NCBI RefSeq assembly: GCF_009834535.1
Contig: NC_045697.1
Location: 51,028,001 to 51,092,000, forward strand
DNA length: 64,000 nucleotides
From: Camelus ferus
Lineage: Eukaryota
Direction: 5' to 3'
Shown here: one piece after another, positions 1 to 10,134 of the stretch
How the letters are laid out: every line of letters starts with the position of its first letter
How positions within the stretch are numbered: the stretch's first letter is position 1
Translations under genes and position numbers: made by a program
Notes under the pieces: model-generated
Told to the model about the DNA's origin: nothing
The model's database searches: none
The model's input: the letters and a program-made list of their open reading frames with translations, nothing else

Positions 1-2146
1 AATAAAACTTTTGTTACATTAAGTTGCTGAAAATTAGAGGTAATTTGCCAACATAGTGTAATTTAGCTTATCCTGGGATTATTACTTTTGCTTTTTAAAA
101 AACCTATGAAGGGAAAATCATCCACAATCCAAGGACAGGGAAAACTAGATCAAATTCTGGAACTGAACTTATTCATTAGTGATTGGACAAGACTTAGAAA
201 AGTAGGTCTAAGCTCTGCAGAAACAAACCAAAAAACCTTCTCCACTCTCATCAAGGTGTCTCAAACCTTACTCTTGAAAGTTCAGCCAATAGATTTGTTT
301 CAGCAGTTTCTAAAGCCCAACTTGCAGAAAAAGAAAAGCAGAATTGATTATCAAGATACACCTGCCACCCAAGATAGGGCAAAATTCTTGGTCAATATGA
401 AATTTTACTGGAGCCATTCAATACCTCTGCTCTCTGTTGAGTATGCTGTTAAACTAAGGGCTCATTTTTGTGCTACAGTAACTTAGTTCCCTTAGAGGAT
501 ATTTGGTATTGAACCAAACTAATTTCCAAAGGCAAAGTTTAACTTAGTATATGGAAAAGCTTTCTAATAATTAAAGTCACTTAAAAAATAGAATGTCCCA
601 GTTGTAAGGTAACACAGCATCTCACTAAGGTTGGAAGTTTGATACTACAGTTATATAAATAATAAAATCTTACAATAATCAAAACTGTTATTAAAAATTC
701 CTTAGATAATTCAAAGGTACAGTAATTAAGGTTTTGTGTATCTGTGTGCTATGCTGTCTTTTGATAGGTCCCAAATATCTGACTTTTCCTCCAGCTTTGA
801 TATGTTATTGTTTCCTTGGTTGAGAATTAAATAAAATTGTTGGCATATAATTATACGGCAAGTAGATAGAAAATTACTTTTCTCCTGAATATTTATAGCT
901 GTATGCACATAAGTTAAAGTAGCATACAAAACAACTCTTTATTACTGACTAAATAGTAAGTATTCAAGAAGAGATTAGATTCATTGCCTGAGTATTGGTT
1001 AGATTTTTAATCTCTGAATGTTCTACCCAAATCTGATTTTATAATTCTCACCTAGAGTGAATAGCACTACAGTACAGAGGTAGCCAAGCTCATATTTCAG
1101 TTTCTCATTTGGTTGCTCCTAACGTCAGACAAGTTGGAACTTGCCCAATCCCCTGTCCCTTAGTCCTTTCTCCCTGAGTGACTGAGGCCGTTTAATTCCT
1201 TTTGGAAGGCTCAGGAATCTCTGGGGCAATTCTGGCCCAGTGTGGGCAAATTAAAGGTGCTTATGTTATTCAGCATCAAGTCATCCTGTCTGCTCATTAA
1301 TTTCTGGTCAAGAGTTTCATGTCTAAAATCTGAAATCAAATCACCACCATGCCTCTTGCACTAGATTCGGCAATCAGATCTTTCCCATATTCCCCGTGTC
1401 CGAGCCTGTCTTGTAAGACAGCCAGAGCTGCCTTCCTTGAGAGCTGAAGCCTACACTTCTCTTGGCATTTCTACCTCTCTTGGTATTGGTTTCCTGCCTC
1501 TAAGCCCCAGTCACTTGTTCACACTCCACTCTCAAAAAACAGACCTCTATGCTAACTAGCAAACCAAAATATGAGCTCGTCTTCCCATTGGCTATAATGC
1601 TCTCCACTCCAGGTGGGAATTATACAATCAGAGTTCTTGAGCAAAAAACTCATCTCTGTCCAGTCTACAATTATTACTTATTTCCAGGTTCCCAATGATG
1701 GGCTCTATCTCCATGGCTATCAGGTATTTCTCCTGCTATCCCTTGGTGAACCCCCCAAATACCAGCCTCTTGCTTGAGCTACTACCTGCTCTGTGTTCCC
1801 AATACTCTATTTACTGTGCTTTGCCTACTTGACTGTGTTTTTCAACATCATTTGCTACTGGTCTGACCAATTTAACCCTTAGAGAGATGGGTTCTTTACA
1901 GATCCTAGGCATTTTTAATGTTTCATGGCACGGACAGTTTCACATCCTCTAGGGTTCACCGAGACCATATTGTCATTCTATTGTCAGAGAAAAAATATAT
2001 TATAGCTCAAATTTTTACTTTAAATCTTTGTAATAAAGCATTGTGTGCTCAGAGACATTTACATTAAAAAAAAAAAGAGAGAGAGATCTGTCTTCAAAAT
2101 TAAAAAATACTCTTTTTCAAAGACCAGGCAAGGAAAAGTGGCTTAC

Positions 2147-2358
2147 CTCTCTTTCACTGACACTTGATTCTCTTTGTCCATCTCACAGATCTGCTCAGAA
2201 TTTGGAATTTGGAATATATCACTGTAACCGGCATCATCCCTTTTGTGTAATAGGAAGCACTTGTGTCTTGCCGTGTTATTTGTATTGCAACAGTCAGAAA
2301 ATACATGTTTGTCAGCTATTCCTTGGTTATTGCAAATATGCTCTAGGAAGGTGGTCAT
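2147..2358 (-). CDS. ARG: ARG exon 4
   Basis: 212 nt, open frame MTTFLEHICNNQGIADKHVFSDCCNTNNTARHKCFLLHK...QICEMDKENQVSVKER; cag acceptor, gtaag donor. Confidence 0.9.
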
Positions 2359-5231
2359 CTGTAGGAGAAAATACTAACTTAAAGGGAAGCATGTGTGGTC
2401 TACATTCCTAACCACAGGAAAGTTAAGGAATTACTACAAAGAAAAGGCAATTGAGTGCATAATCTTACACTCTGTATCCAACAGGCCCTGGACATAGCTC
2501 TTTTGAACAAAAGCCTTTTAGGTTGTTAAGTCTAAATTCCAACATGCTGGACATTGGCCAAATAGGATTTATCCTTCTCTCTCTACCTATATAAGTGCTT
2601 CATTTTCATATGGCTGAGAGCTATCAAAATAAACATAAGCCAAAATATCCAGGTCCCAAAGAAATCAAAGTATTTTTAATAAGAATCATTTACCAAGAAA
2701 TAGATGATAGCTTGCTTTCCTTGCTTCTTCATTGTTTTTAGTTTGGTTTCCATAGAAACTTATTTTCAGAATTGAACTCTGAGGCATGTGTATTCAGTGT
2801 CAAATATTCAAATGGAAATGTAATGATTCAGTTAGTTTTCAAATACCTTTGGAAGGCAGTAAATGTGTAGGATGCTGTAGACTTCAAATGACATATGTTT
2901 CCAGATTTGGGGGATAAGGGCAGGAAAAGGTCATCTTTTGAAGTGAAAATAAGGAGAAACCACTATAAAATAAGTGGGGCTGGCCACTGACAGAAGTGCT
3001 TCATTTAAAGTGTATCTCTAATAAAACCAATGATTTTTCTATGACTACTTAGAGTCTAGATTAAAAAAAGTAGGTGTTAGTACAAGAAGATGGAGTGAAA
3101 AAAATATGTAAATAAGGAAGAAAACTATTCATTTCTATTTTAAACTGTTCACAGGAGAATGATTGATCAAAAATGTACAGGTTGTAAGAATATGTTAGTG
3201 TTTATCAAGAATTCTTTAATCACAAGAGAGACATACTTTCTAAGAGATAATAGTAATTTTCAAGATTTTCTACTAAGTGGAAAAGAGTCTATAATAATAT
3301 TCACTTTTTTCTTCTTTTTCTTATTCTCTTAGAAACTTTTCAAAATGAGTACTTCAGTTTCCCAGGAATCATGATTTGAAGCTCTCAGACAAGCATATTC
3401 TAGTGACAGCAGCAGAGTAACCACCCTAAATTAACAAATGAGCATTCCAGGGTATAATTCATTCTTTTGAGTGTTTGGTTCTCAGTCTTATCTCCCAGGT
3501 ATGAACTGAAAAACTGTAGGTTTATAAACCAACAAAGATTATATCTTGAGGGTGTCTCAAGTACATATTGTTGCCTTAAAATCCCTTGCTTAATTATCCT
3601 ATCATGCCCCCTCCTAACAACATCTTTTATTTGCAATTTAGTTTTTAAAAAAATAGAGAGAAAAGGGCAGACCATAATTCACCTACCAGTTGGTGACAAC
3701 ATTCTGAAGGTGATTCATGTGGCTGGAGGCTCTTGCACTTCTCTGCAAGGTCTAGCAGCTCTTTAACACTCGTTTGTACTTCTTCATAAGTCAATTTCTG
3801 GAGAAACTGTGTGACCATAATACTAGGTGCTGTAACAGAACACTGGTGTGAATGCTTGAAGATAGAATCAAACTCGTTTCCTCCACCAATCCTGTTATAT
3901 CATTGCCCTACTCCCTGCCCCCCAAAATTAACATGATTTTAAATTTCATACCAAAGAATATTGATAATAAAACTCACACATCTCTTAAGTTCTTCTCTAG
4001 ATAATCCTGGTTATTAGTGTGCTGCATGGCTGGAAAAAAAAAAGAGTTGGTTTTTTTTTTTTTTTTTTTGGCAAAAGATGAAATTTTCCAAACCGAAATC
4101 CTCTTATAATTCAAATCTATATTTATTCACTCATAAATTTCCAGATCTGTTTTTGTTTACATCGTAAGTCAGAACAAATTACAAGAATTTTCTTTCCTTG
4201 TATTTAAACTGTGTTCTGTGAATAATTTATTTCTATTCAAATACATGATATAGTTGAAATCTATCATTGGCCTACAAATAAGTTGCACATACCTGTACTG
4301 ACACTTCTGAATTAATTAAACTTGGCTTTTTGGTTATTAGGAGTTACTAGCACACCCGAAGAATACTAAGAAAATTAAAGTATAGTATTAAGAACAGAAG
4401 TATAAGCATTAACACCTTGTCAGGCTTAATTTGGGAAAGACAGCATCTCATACATCTTGGATTCACTCATCATCTTCATCTTCGTCACCTCAACTCATCA
4501 CATACACATACGCATGTTCTCTATTGAAAGAAGTGGCTTCTCTCTTATACCAATCGCTTCTAGAGAACTTAGAGCTATCTATTGAATAAAGAAACCATTA
4601 TTATTTGCTATGTTAACAGGAAAAGGCTTTGGAGACAGCTCTTCTGAGTTCAATAGCTAGCTGTGATACTTAATATGGTCTTGGAAAATTAACTTAAGCA
4701 CTCGAGAGTCTCTGTCTCTCTGGCTATGAAATGTAAATAAGTTCTACTACTTTGGGTGGTTGTTAGGATTAAATGAAAATTTAATTTAAATTATGTGTGA
4801 AGCATTGAGTGCAGTGCCTGGCACATAATAGGTACTGAATGTATTATTCTTGCTACTATAAGCACATTGTAAAATCATTTGTCCAATTTTAAAGACAAGT
4901 TGAAATGTATCATTCTCTCACCTAGAGTGGAAGTAAGGCAAAAATGAGACCTTCTTGTGTGTGTGTTGCCTCAGTATATTAGTTTTCTTTCTGTATCCAC
5001 TAAGTTAATTTCTAGCGATTTTCAATGACTATTGGACAGTGATGAGCACTGAGAAACATATGCCTTTCCATATACATGTTAGTAGTCAACATGCCTCATT
5101 TATTAGCACATGGAAGGTATAGGTTATAAATAGGGTTCCCTACCTGCATCTAGCAAACTTCTCTGAAGAGTCTGACAGTTAATGTAGCTGAAGAAAACAA
5201 GAAGAGAGATGGATCTAACAGTCTTCATCAT
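2147..5231 (-). CDS. ARG: Alpha-fetoprotein-related gene (ARG; albumin family member downstream of AFM), exons 1-4 only, 3' part outside the window; functional status uncertain because of an exon 3 lesion
   Basis: Exons 5231/5228-5144, 4029-3978, 3822(or 3829)-3687 and 2358-2147 have GT-AG ends. Sizes 85-88/52/136-143/212 match the AFP pattern 85/52/133/212. They encode a signal peptide and an albumin domain I Cys pattern (IC..CC..RHKCF..IC). The gene lies immediately 3' of AFM, the known position of ARG. Confidence 0.85.
3687..3822 (-). CDS. ARG: ARG exon 3 (in frame only from the downstream TAG acceptor; the CAG acceptor at 3830-3831 gives a stop)
   Basis: IMVTQFLQKLTYEEVQTSVKELLDLAEKCKSLQPHESPSECCHQL, homologous to AFP/AFM exon 3; donor gtaggt. 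Confidence 0.75.
3978..4029 (-). CDS. ARG: ARG exon 2
   Basis: Poly-T/ccag acceptor, 52 nt, (A)MQHTNNQDYLEKNLRD(V), donor gtgagt. Confidence 0.85.
4620..4840 (+). mobile_element. MIR SINE in ARG intron 1
   Basis: MIR core-like ...ggaaaattaacttaagcactc...tgaaatg...gttaggattaaatga...agtgcctggcacataatagg; ends approximate. Confidence 0.65.
5144..5231 (-). CDS. ARG: ARG exon 1 (signal peptide)
   Basis: ATG ATG AAG... encodes MMKTVRSISLLVFFSYINCQTLQRSLLDA; donor G|gtaggg; 85 nt from the second ATG, as in AFP exon 1. Confidence 0.85.
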
Positions 5232-5284
5232 TTCAGATGAACATTTATAGAAAGTGTTCTATCATTTGAGAGAATTAAAGAATC

Positions 5285-5334
5285 TTTTTATATTCTTTCC
5301 AATGAATTACTATTAATAATTAACCTTTTATTGG
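5285..5334 (-). promoter_or_regulatory. ARG core promoter (CCAAT - HNF1 - TATA)
   Basis: Minus strand: CCAAT 5334-5330, HNF1 site GTTAATTATTAAT 5324-5312, TATAAAAA 5292-5285; albumin-family promoter layout. Confidence 0.75.
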
Positions 5335-8329
5335 TGAATACTTTTTCCAGGCCACTATGACCCTCCAAAAATTAAAGAAATTCATGAAAATGAAGAAATA
5401 TTTTTGATAGATGGCATTCATTAACGAATACTGGATTGAGTCATGTCAATCTACTTGTCTTTTCAAGATTGCATCATGTTGGTCTTGTAATACAGTAATC
5501 GATAAACACTTTTTGGTAAACGTCTCACTTCCTAGAAATGCCTGTTGACATGTACAAAGTTCTAAAATTGCAGAAGATCATGTAAACATGACTATCCGAG
5601 ATTCAAATCAATGGTTAAGGGCCCCATTCCAGTGCTGGGCACATTTTCAAGTCCCTGGAGAGAGTGGGGAACAAACTCAATGGAACATGACCTAATTTAT
5701 ATGACTATAGTTAGATAGAAATATTCTTATTTGTTGAATAAGAAATGAAGACTCAGGGTCATATGATTTGCTCACAGACTCACAGGTAAAAATTCAACTC
5801 TGTCTGATGTCAAAACCTACACCACCCAAGAGCTAGTATTGAAAGCTAAGGTCCCAACATTCCTCAGCTATTTTCCACTTCACCTGTCATCCACTTCTTG
5901 GGTCTAGGGCAGGAAACAGGTGATTACTAATTGAACAAAAAGCTTAAGATAAACATAAAGTCCAAAAGTTTTGGAAACAGGAGACCACTGGTTACTACTT
6001 TAATTGTCCCTGTCCTCAGCTTTCTCATTTACAGAGGGAGGGTTTGGACCAGATCATCTTTAAGGCTGATAGTCTATTGCTTGATTCTGCTCCCCACAAA
6101 TTCTCATTTCTGGTTTCCTGGGCAAAGATATATTTGCCTAAAGACAACAACAACAAATCTGTTATTATTTAGATTTGGGACACGTTGGCTTATGGTAAAG
6201 AATATAGATGGCCCTGTGTGATAGAAAGGCAGGCTCAGTAAAGGGAAGGCCATCTTTGGCAGGTTTTCATCATGATTTTCAGGGTCCTCTAAATGGTCCT
6301 AATTCTCAGCATATCTTCCTATCCTGCATCCTTAGAGCCGTCCCCTTGAGATTTTACTCTAAGCCTCCTGGAACTATCAGAAATGGACCTATTTCTCTAG
6401 GGATGGCAAATCCTTGGGGTGAATGCTGTCAGACTGTCACCCACTGCAGACATTACTAATTGATCACTGCACTCTTTCTCTCTGAACCTAGACTCAGCCT
6501 TAGAATCATTCACAGCACAATGCCACAGGACAGCCACTATTAACTGATTGGAGCTTGCACTTAAGGAGAAAAAAAAAAAACCTGTTATATGTGTGCTAAA
6601 CTAATTCCTCTTTTTAAAAAGTCAGACAAAATTAACTTCTCATGGAAACTCTTCTCTCAGAGTAAGAGATTCTCAAAAACATAAGAAGATGTTAAGTCCT
6701 CTATTAATGATTAAGGGTGGAATTTCAGACCAGAGGAAAGACAAGTCATAGGATTTTTTTAAGCAAAGGCAAGGGAATGGTTTTTGTGATAGAATTCAAA
6801 AGACAGCACAGAATTTGTTCTCTACGAGAGTATGCTGACCTTTAAGATCAAAAACGTATGGCATACAAGTCCGAGAAACAATGATGACTTTTTAAAAATA
6901 CTGTTATCACAGCAAACCTAATTATTGTCCAAGTCATAGAAACGGAGTTTGAAGGACCCTTAGAAAGACCAAGACTGATTGCCTGGATCCCATCAAAAAC
7001 CTGTGGCGACTGCTCACGCATGTACGGTCTTGGCACTCATTATAGACCATTTACAAATATCCCTGCTACTAGAAAATTCTTCCTGCATCAAGTGAGTCAG
7101 ATATGTCCTATTTGTTGGTATGAGTTCTGAGTGACACAGAGTAAGTGGGACTTGCCCCTGTTCACAATCCTCTCAGTGCAATGGAATACCAGGCAAAATC
7201 TGACTTTTGAATAAACCATCCCTCTTCCTCCTTTCCTCACTTCACACTGGTTACCTGCTTTTTCTCAGTGTGTTCTCTGGCTCGTCAGCAGAAAGAGCCA
7301 TATGGCCGTTTCCTCTGTGATAACAGAGATCATGGTGGCCACAGGTTCCCGGGTCTCTGGTTTCATGTCCACTGCTCTGAGCACAGCATTGGACACAGAA
7401 CAATCCACTTGCAGGTACCAAACTCAATTAGCTAACAGTGCTCTGTTTTCTTTCTCTTTACTCAACTTATTATCCTTTACTTAAGTATAAGTTTCTTCCC
7501 TGTTACCCTCATTAATAAAAGGGAGTGTTTAGGAAAATGGTAAAAGGGTAAAATAGCTTCATGAATTAAACTCCTATTACCTGCTGACCTTTGTATTGGG
7601 TACTTTACACACTAATTTAATACATTCTTTAAAGTCTTTATGAGATGGAGACTATTCTCCCAACCTACACCAAGAAAAGGGGGTCTTAGATTGTAGGGAA
7701 CTTGTGTCTGAGGCCATTCAGTAGGTTAATGGCAGTGGGAATATGAAGCCCCCACCCAGCATCTTGAGCTTAGATTGAGTGCCGGTGCCACGTGCACCCA
7801 GAGTAGGGGTCTTTTTCCATCCTGCACCCATGTGATTGCTTCTTCTCTGCCCATGGGACACAAGAACCATGTCTAGTTGGCTCACATCAGTATCTGCAAT
7901 GTCTGACACACAGTAGGAATCTAATAAATATTTGTTGAATAAATGAATGAGAATCCCAAAGGCTATGCTCTAAATATTAAACCAAAAGAACTCTGAATAT
8001 TTTCATATATTATCTATCAGACCATCATCATCTTCAATTTCAGACGTTGAAGTACTAAAAACCTTAAAGGTCTGAAGAAGGGTCAGGATGATCAGGCTAC
8101 AAGCCGAAGACCAAGCTTCATGTCCTGGCTTCCCACATCTTAACCCTCCCTCTCCTTAGATGTCACCACCAAGCACTCACAGCCCCGGCGTAACAGCCAC
8201 TGTGTTGTGAAATGGAGAAAGAAAAGAGTGGCCACTGATGCCTTGGGCACTTTTCCCTCTCTCTGAATAATGGATTACATAACGCACACATCACGGCCCT
8301 CCCTAAGAGGTTGTGTATACACTGGCTAA

Positions 8330-8530
8330 GAATATCCTTCTGGGATTAGAGGACTCAAATTCAAACTTCGGTTCTACCAATTACTAGTCGTATGACATTG
8401 AACAGATTAGTTTATTTCCCCCAGCCTGATTCCCTATTTGTAAAGTGGAAATAAAAATGATGTTGACTTCACAGAGTTGTTAGGATTCAATGAGATAATA
8501 CCTGGGACAATGTTTGGTACACTGAAAACA
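8330..8530 (+). mobile_element. MIR SINE
   Basis: ttcaaacttcggttctaccaattactag...tttgtaaagtggaaataaaa; ends approximate. Confidence 0.6.
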
Positions 8531-8784
8531 TTCAGTGACAGCTAGTAAGAGCAGTAACAGTAGAGGACATGTCTCGTGCCATCAACTCCCATTTCCTTCC
8601 CAGAAGCAGCAAGAAGAGAATCTGGGAGGAGTCTGCCCACACAACTGCTATTTCAGAGTTCTGTCTTCCAAAAGGTAGCAGAGTAGACCTAGCCCGTGAG
8701 CCAAAGGTGCTGATGGAGTGAATGACCCTTGACTGTTTAATTTTGATATCAAGTTGACATATGACAATCAGTCTTTGAGAAATA

Positions 8785-8940
8785 ACTTTATAATGTTGTA
8801 GTTTATTGCTTGCTGCAATCACATGATTTCAGGTAAAGGTTCCAGAAGAATCCTTCCACTGTGCTCTTCTCAGAAAATGTAATTCACCACAGGACAGCTA
8901 GGAAACAGGCAGGTTGGTCTTTCTTCCTTTTCTCCACAAC
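8785..8940 (-). other. AFM: AFM exon 15 (non-coding 3' UTR) with polyadenylation signal
   Basis: Acceptor ctcttcccag at 8941-8942; AATAAA at 8807-8802; family-typical untranslated last exon; 3' end approximate. Confidence 0.8.
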
Positions 8941-9677
8941 CTGGGAAGAGAAAAATAGTATGTCGTGCAGCAGAAGAATATGACATGCTATAACTTGGAT
9001 GATGGGAAGTCATGTATATAAACAACTGTCCGTGCTAACTATGTTCTGCCTTTTGTAGATCCAAACCTCCTCTCTGTGGGGGTCCAGGTCTCTCTTCCAC
9101 GACATTGAACGTCATTGCTATATCTATACAATGTTTTGCTCCCAAAGTTTGTAAATGAATCTTACATAAACTGCAGGGGAGAGGGCATCCCATGTATATC
9201 TTTTTTCTTTTTTTTTAATATATCTTTTTGAATCACAAACATATCAGTCTTCATTGATGTAAATGCTGCAGCAAGACTCTTAGCACAGATTTACTGAGGC
9301 CTGTCTGCCCATCCCAAACTCCTGCTCTTCCCTGTCAACATTCAGAGATTCAACTGCCTCTCCTTTCTGGTCCAGACACCTGAGCGCAACAGCAGAAAGG
9401 TGGAGTGAGAGCCTTTGGCTACTGAGAAACTGCTGGAATAGTAAGGGAAACGCTGACACAAATGCAGCAGCACCACCCCATTAGGAGTAACTGAGACCCA
9501 GTGAAACATCACAGGACCAGTACTGGGGTCTGTTAGGTACAAGGTATGTGGGAGGAACCAGAGACAGACATGGAAGCCTGAGAGGGGAAAAGCTGGGTGA
9601 CCAGATAAGCTGGCAATACCTTCATCAACTGATGAAGATAGAGGGTGTTACCTGTGGTGGGTTTTACTTGATGTTTT

Positions 9678-9713
9678 TCAAGCAGCCTGGCTTTTGGCTG
9701 CCAATTTTGGACC
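9678..9713 (-). CDS. AFM: AFM exon 14 coding part with stop
   Basis: tttcaag|GGT CCA AAA TTG GCA GCC AAA AGC CAG GCT GCT TGA ([11 protein letters not shown]); donor at 9667. Confidence 0.9.
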   Translation of the reverse strand, partial: GPKLAAKSQAA

Positions 9714-10099
9714 CTTGAAAGGAAAAAAAAAAAGGAAAGAAATAAAAACACACAGGAAGAAAAATTTAAGACATTACTATCTAAATTTAGAGAAGCATGT
9801 AGTCTCGAACTTTGGGAAGTTAAACCACTCCCACATTATAGAAGAGACAGTGAACACTTCAAGCAAACTTGGGAACAGATACACCCAGGCTTTTACAAAC
9901 TGCCAGTGAATCCGCCCCTCCCTCTCCACGGTCTCAATGCACACACTCACGCAGGTAAATGCTAGATATTGATTAATACCCTTTAATTAAATTAAGCATG
10001 ATTTAAAAAAAAAACTGATAATTGGGACCAAAAAAAAAAAAATTCCCACAGACTAAACACTCACTGGGAAAAGCAGAAGGCTCTCAACCAGAATGAATG

Positions 10100-10134
<35 letters not shown>

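Noticed and set aside
88..486. 132-aa plus-strand ORF, and a search for ARG exon 5 in 1-2146
   Set aside because: No recognisable similarity for the ORF, and no YE..RRHP-type exon found by eye; exon 5 is presumably beyond the left edge.
5243..5250. Second TATA-like motif (CTATAAAT, minus strand) near the ARG ATG
   Set aside because: Too close to the ATG, so the TSS would fall in the coding sequence; the 5285-5292 TATA fits the family spacing.
9195..9229. tatatcttttt duplicated around a poly-T run
   Set aside because: Could be a tiny poly(A) retro-insertion with TSD, but cannot be told apart from slippage.
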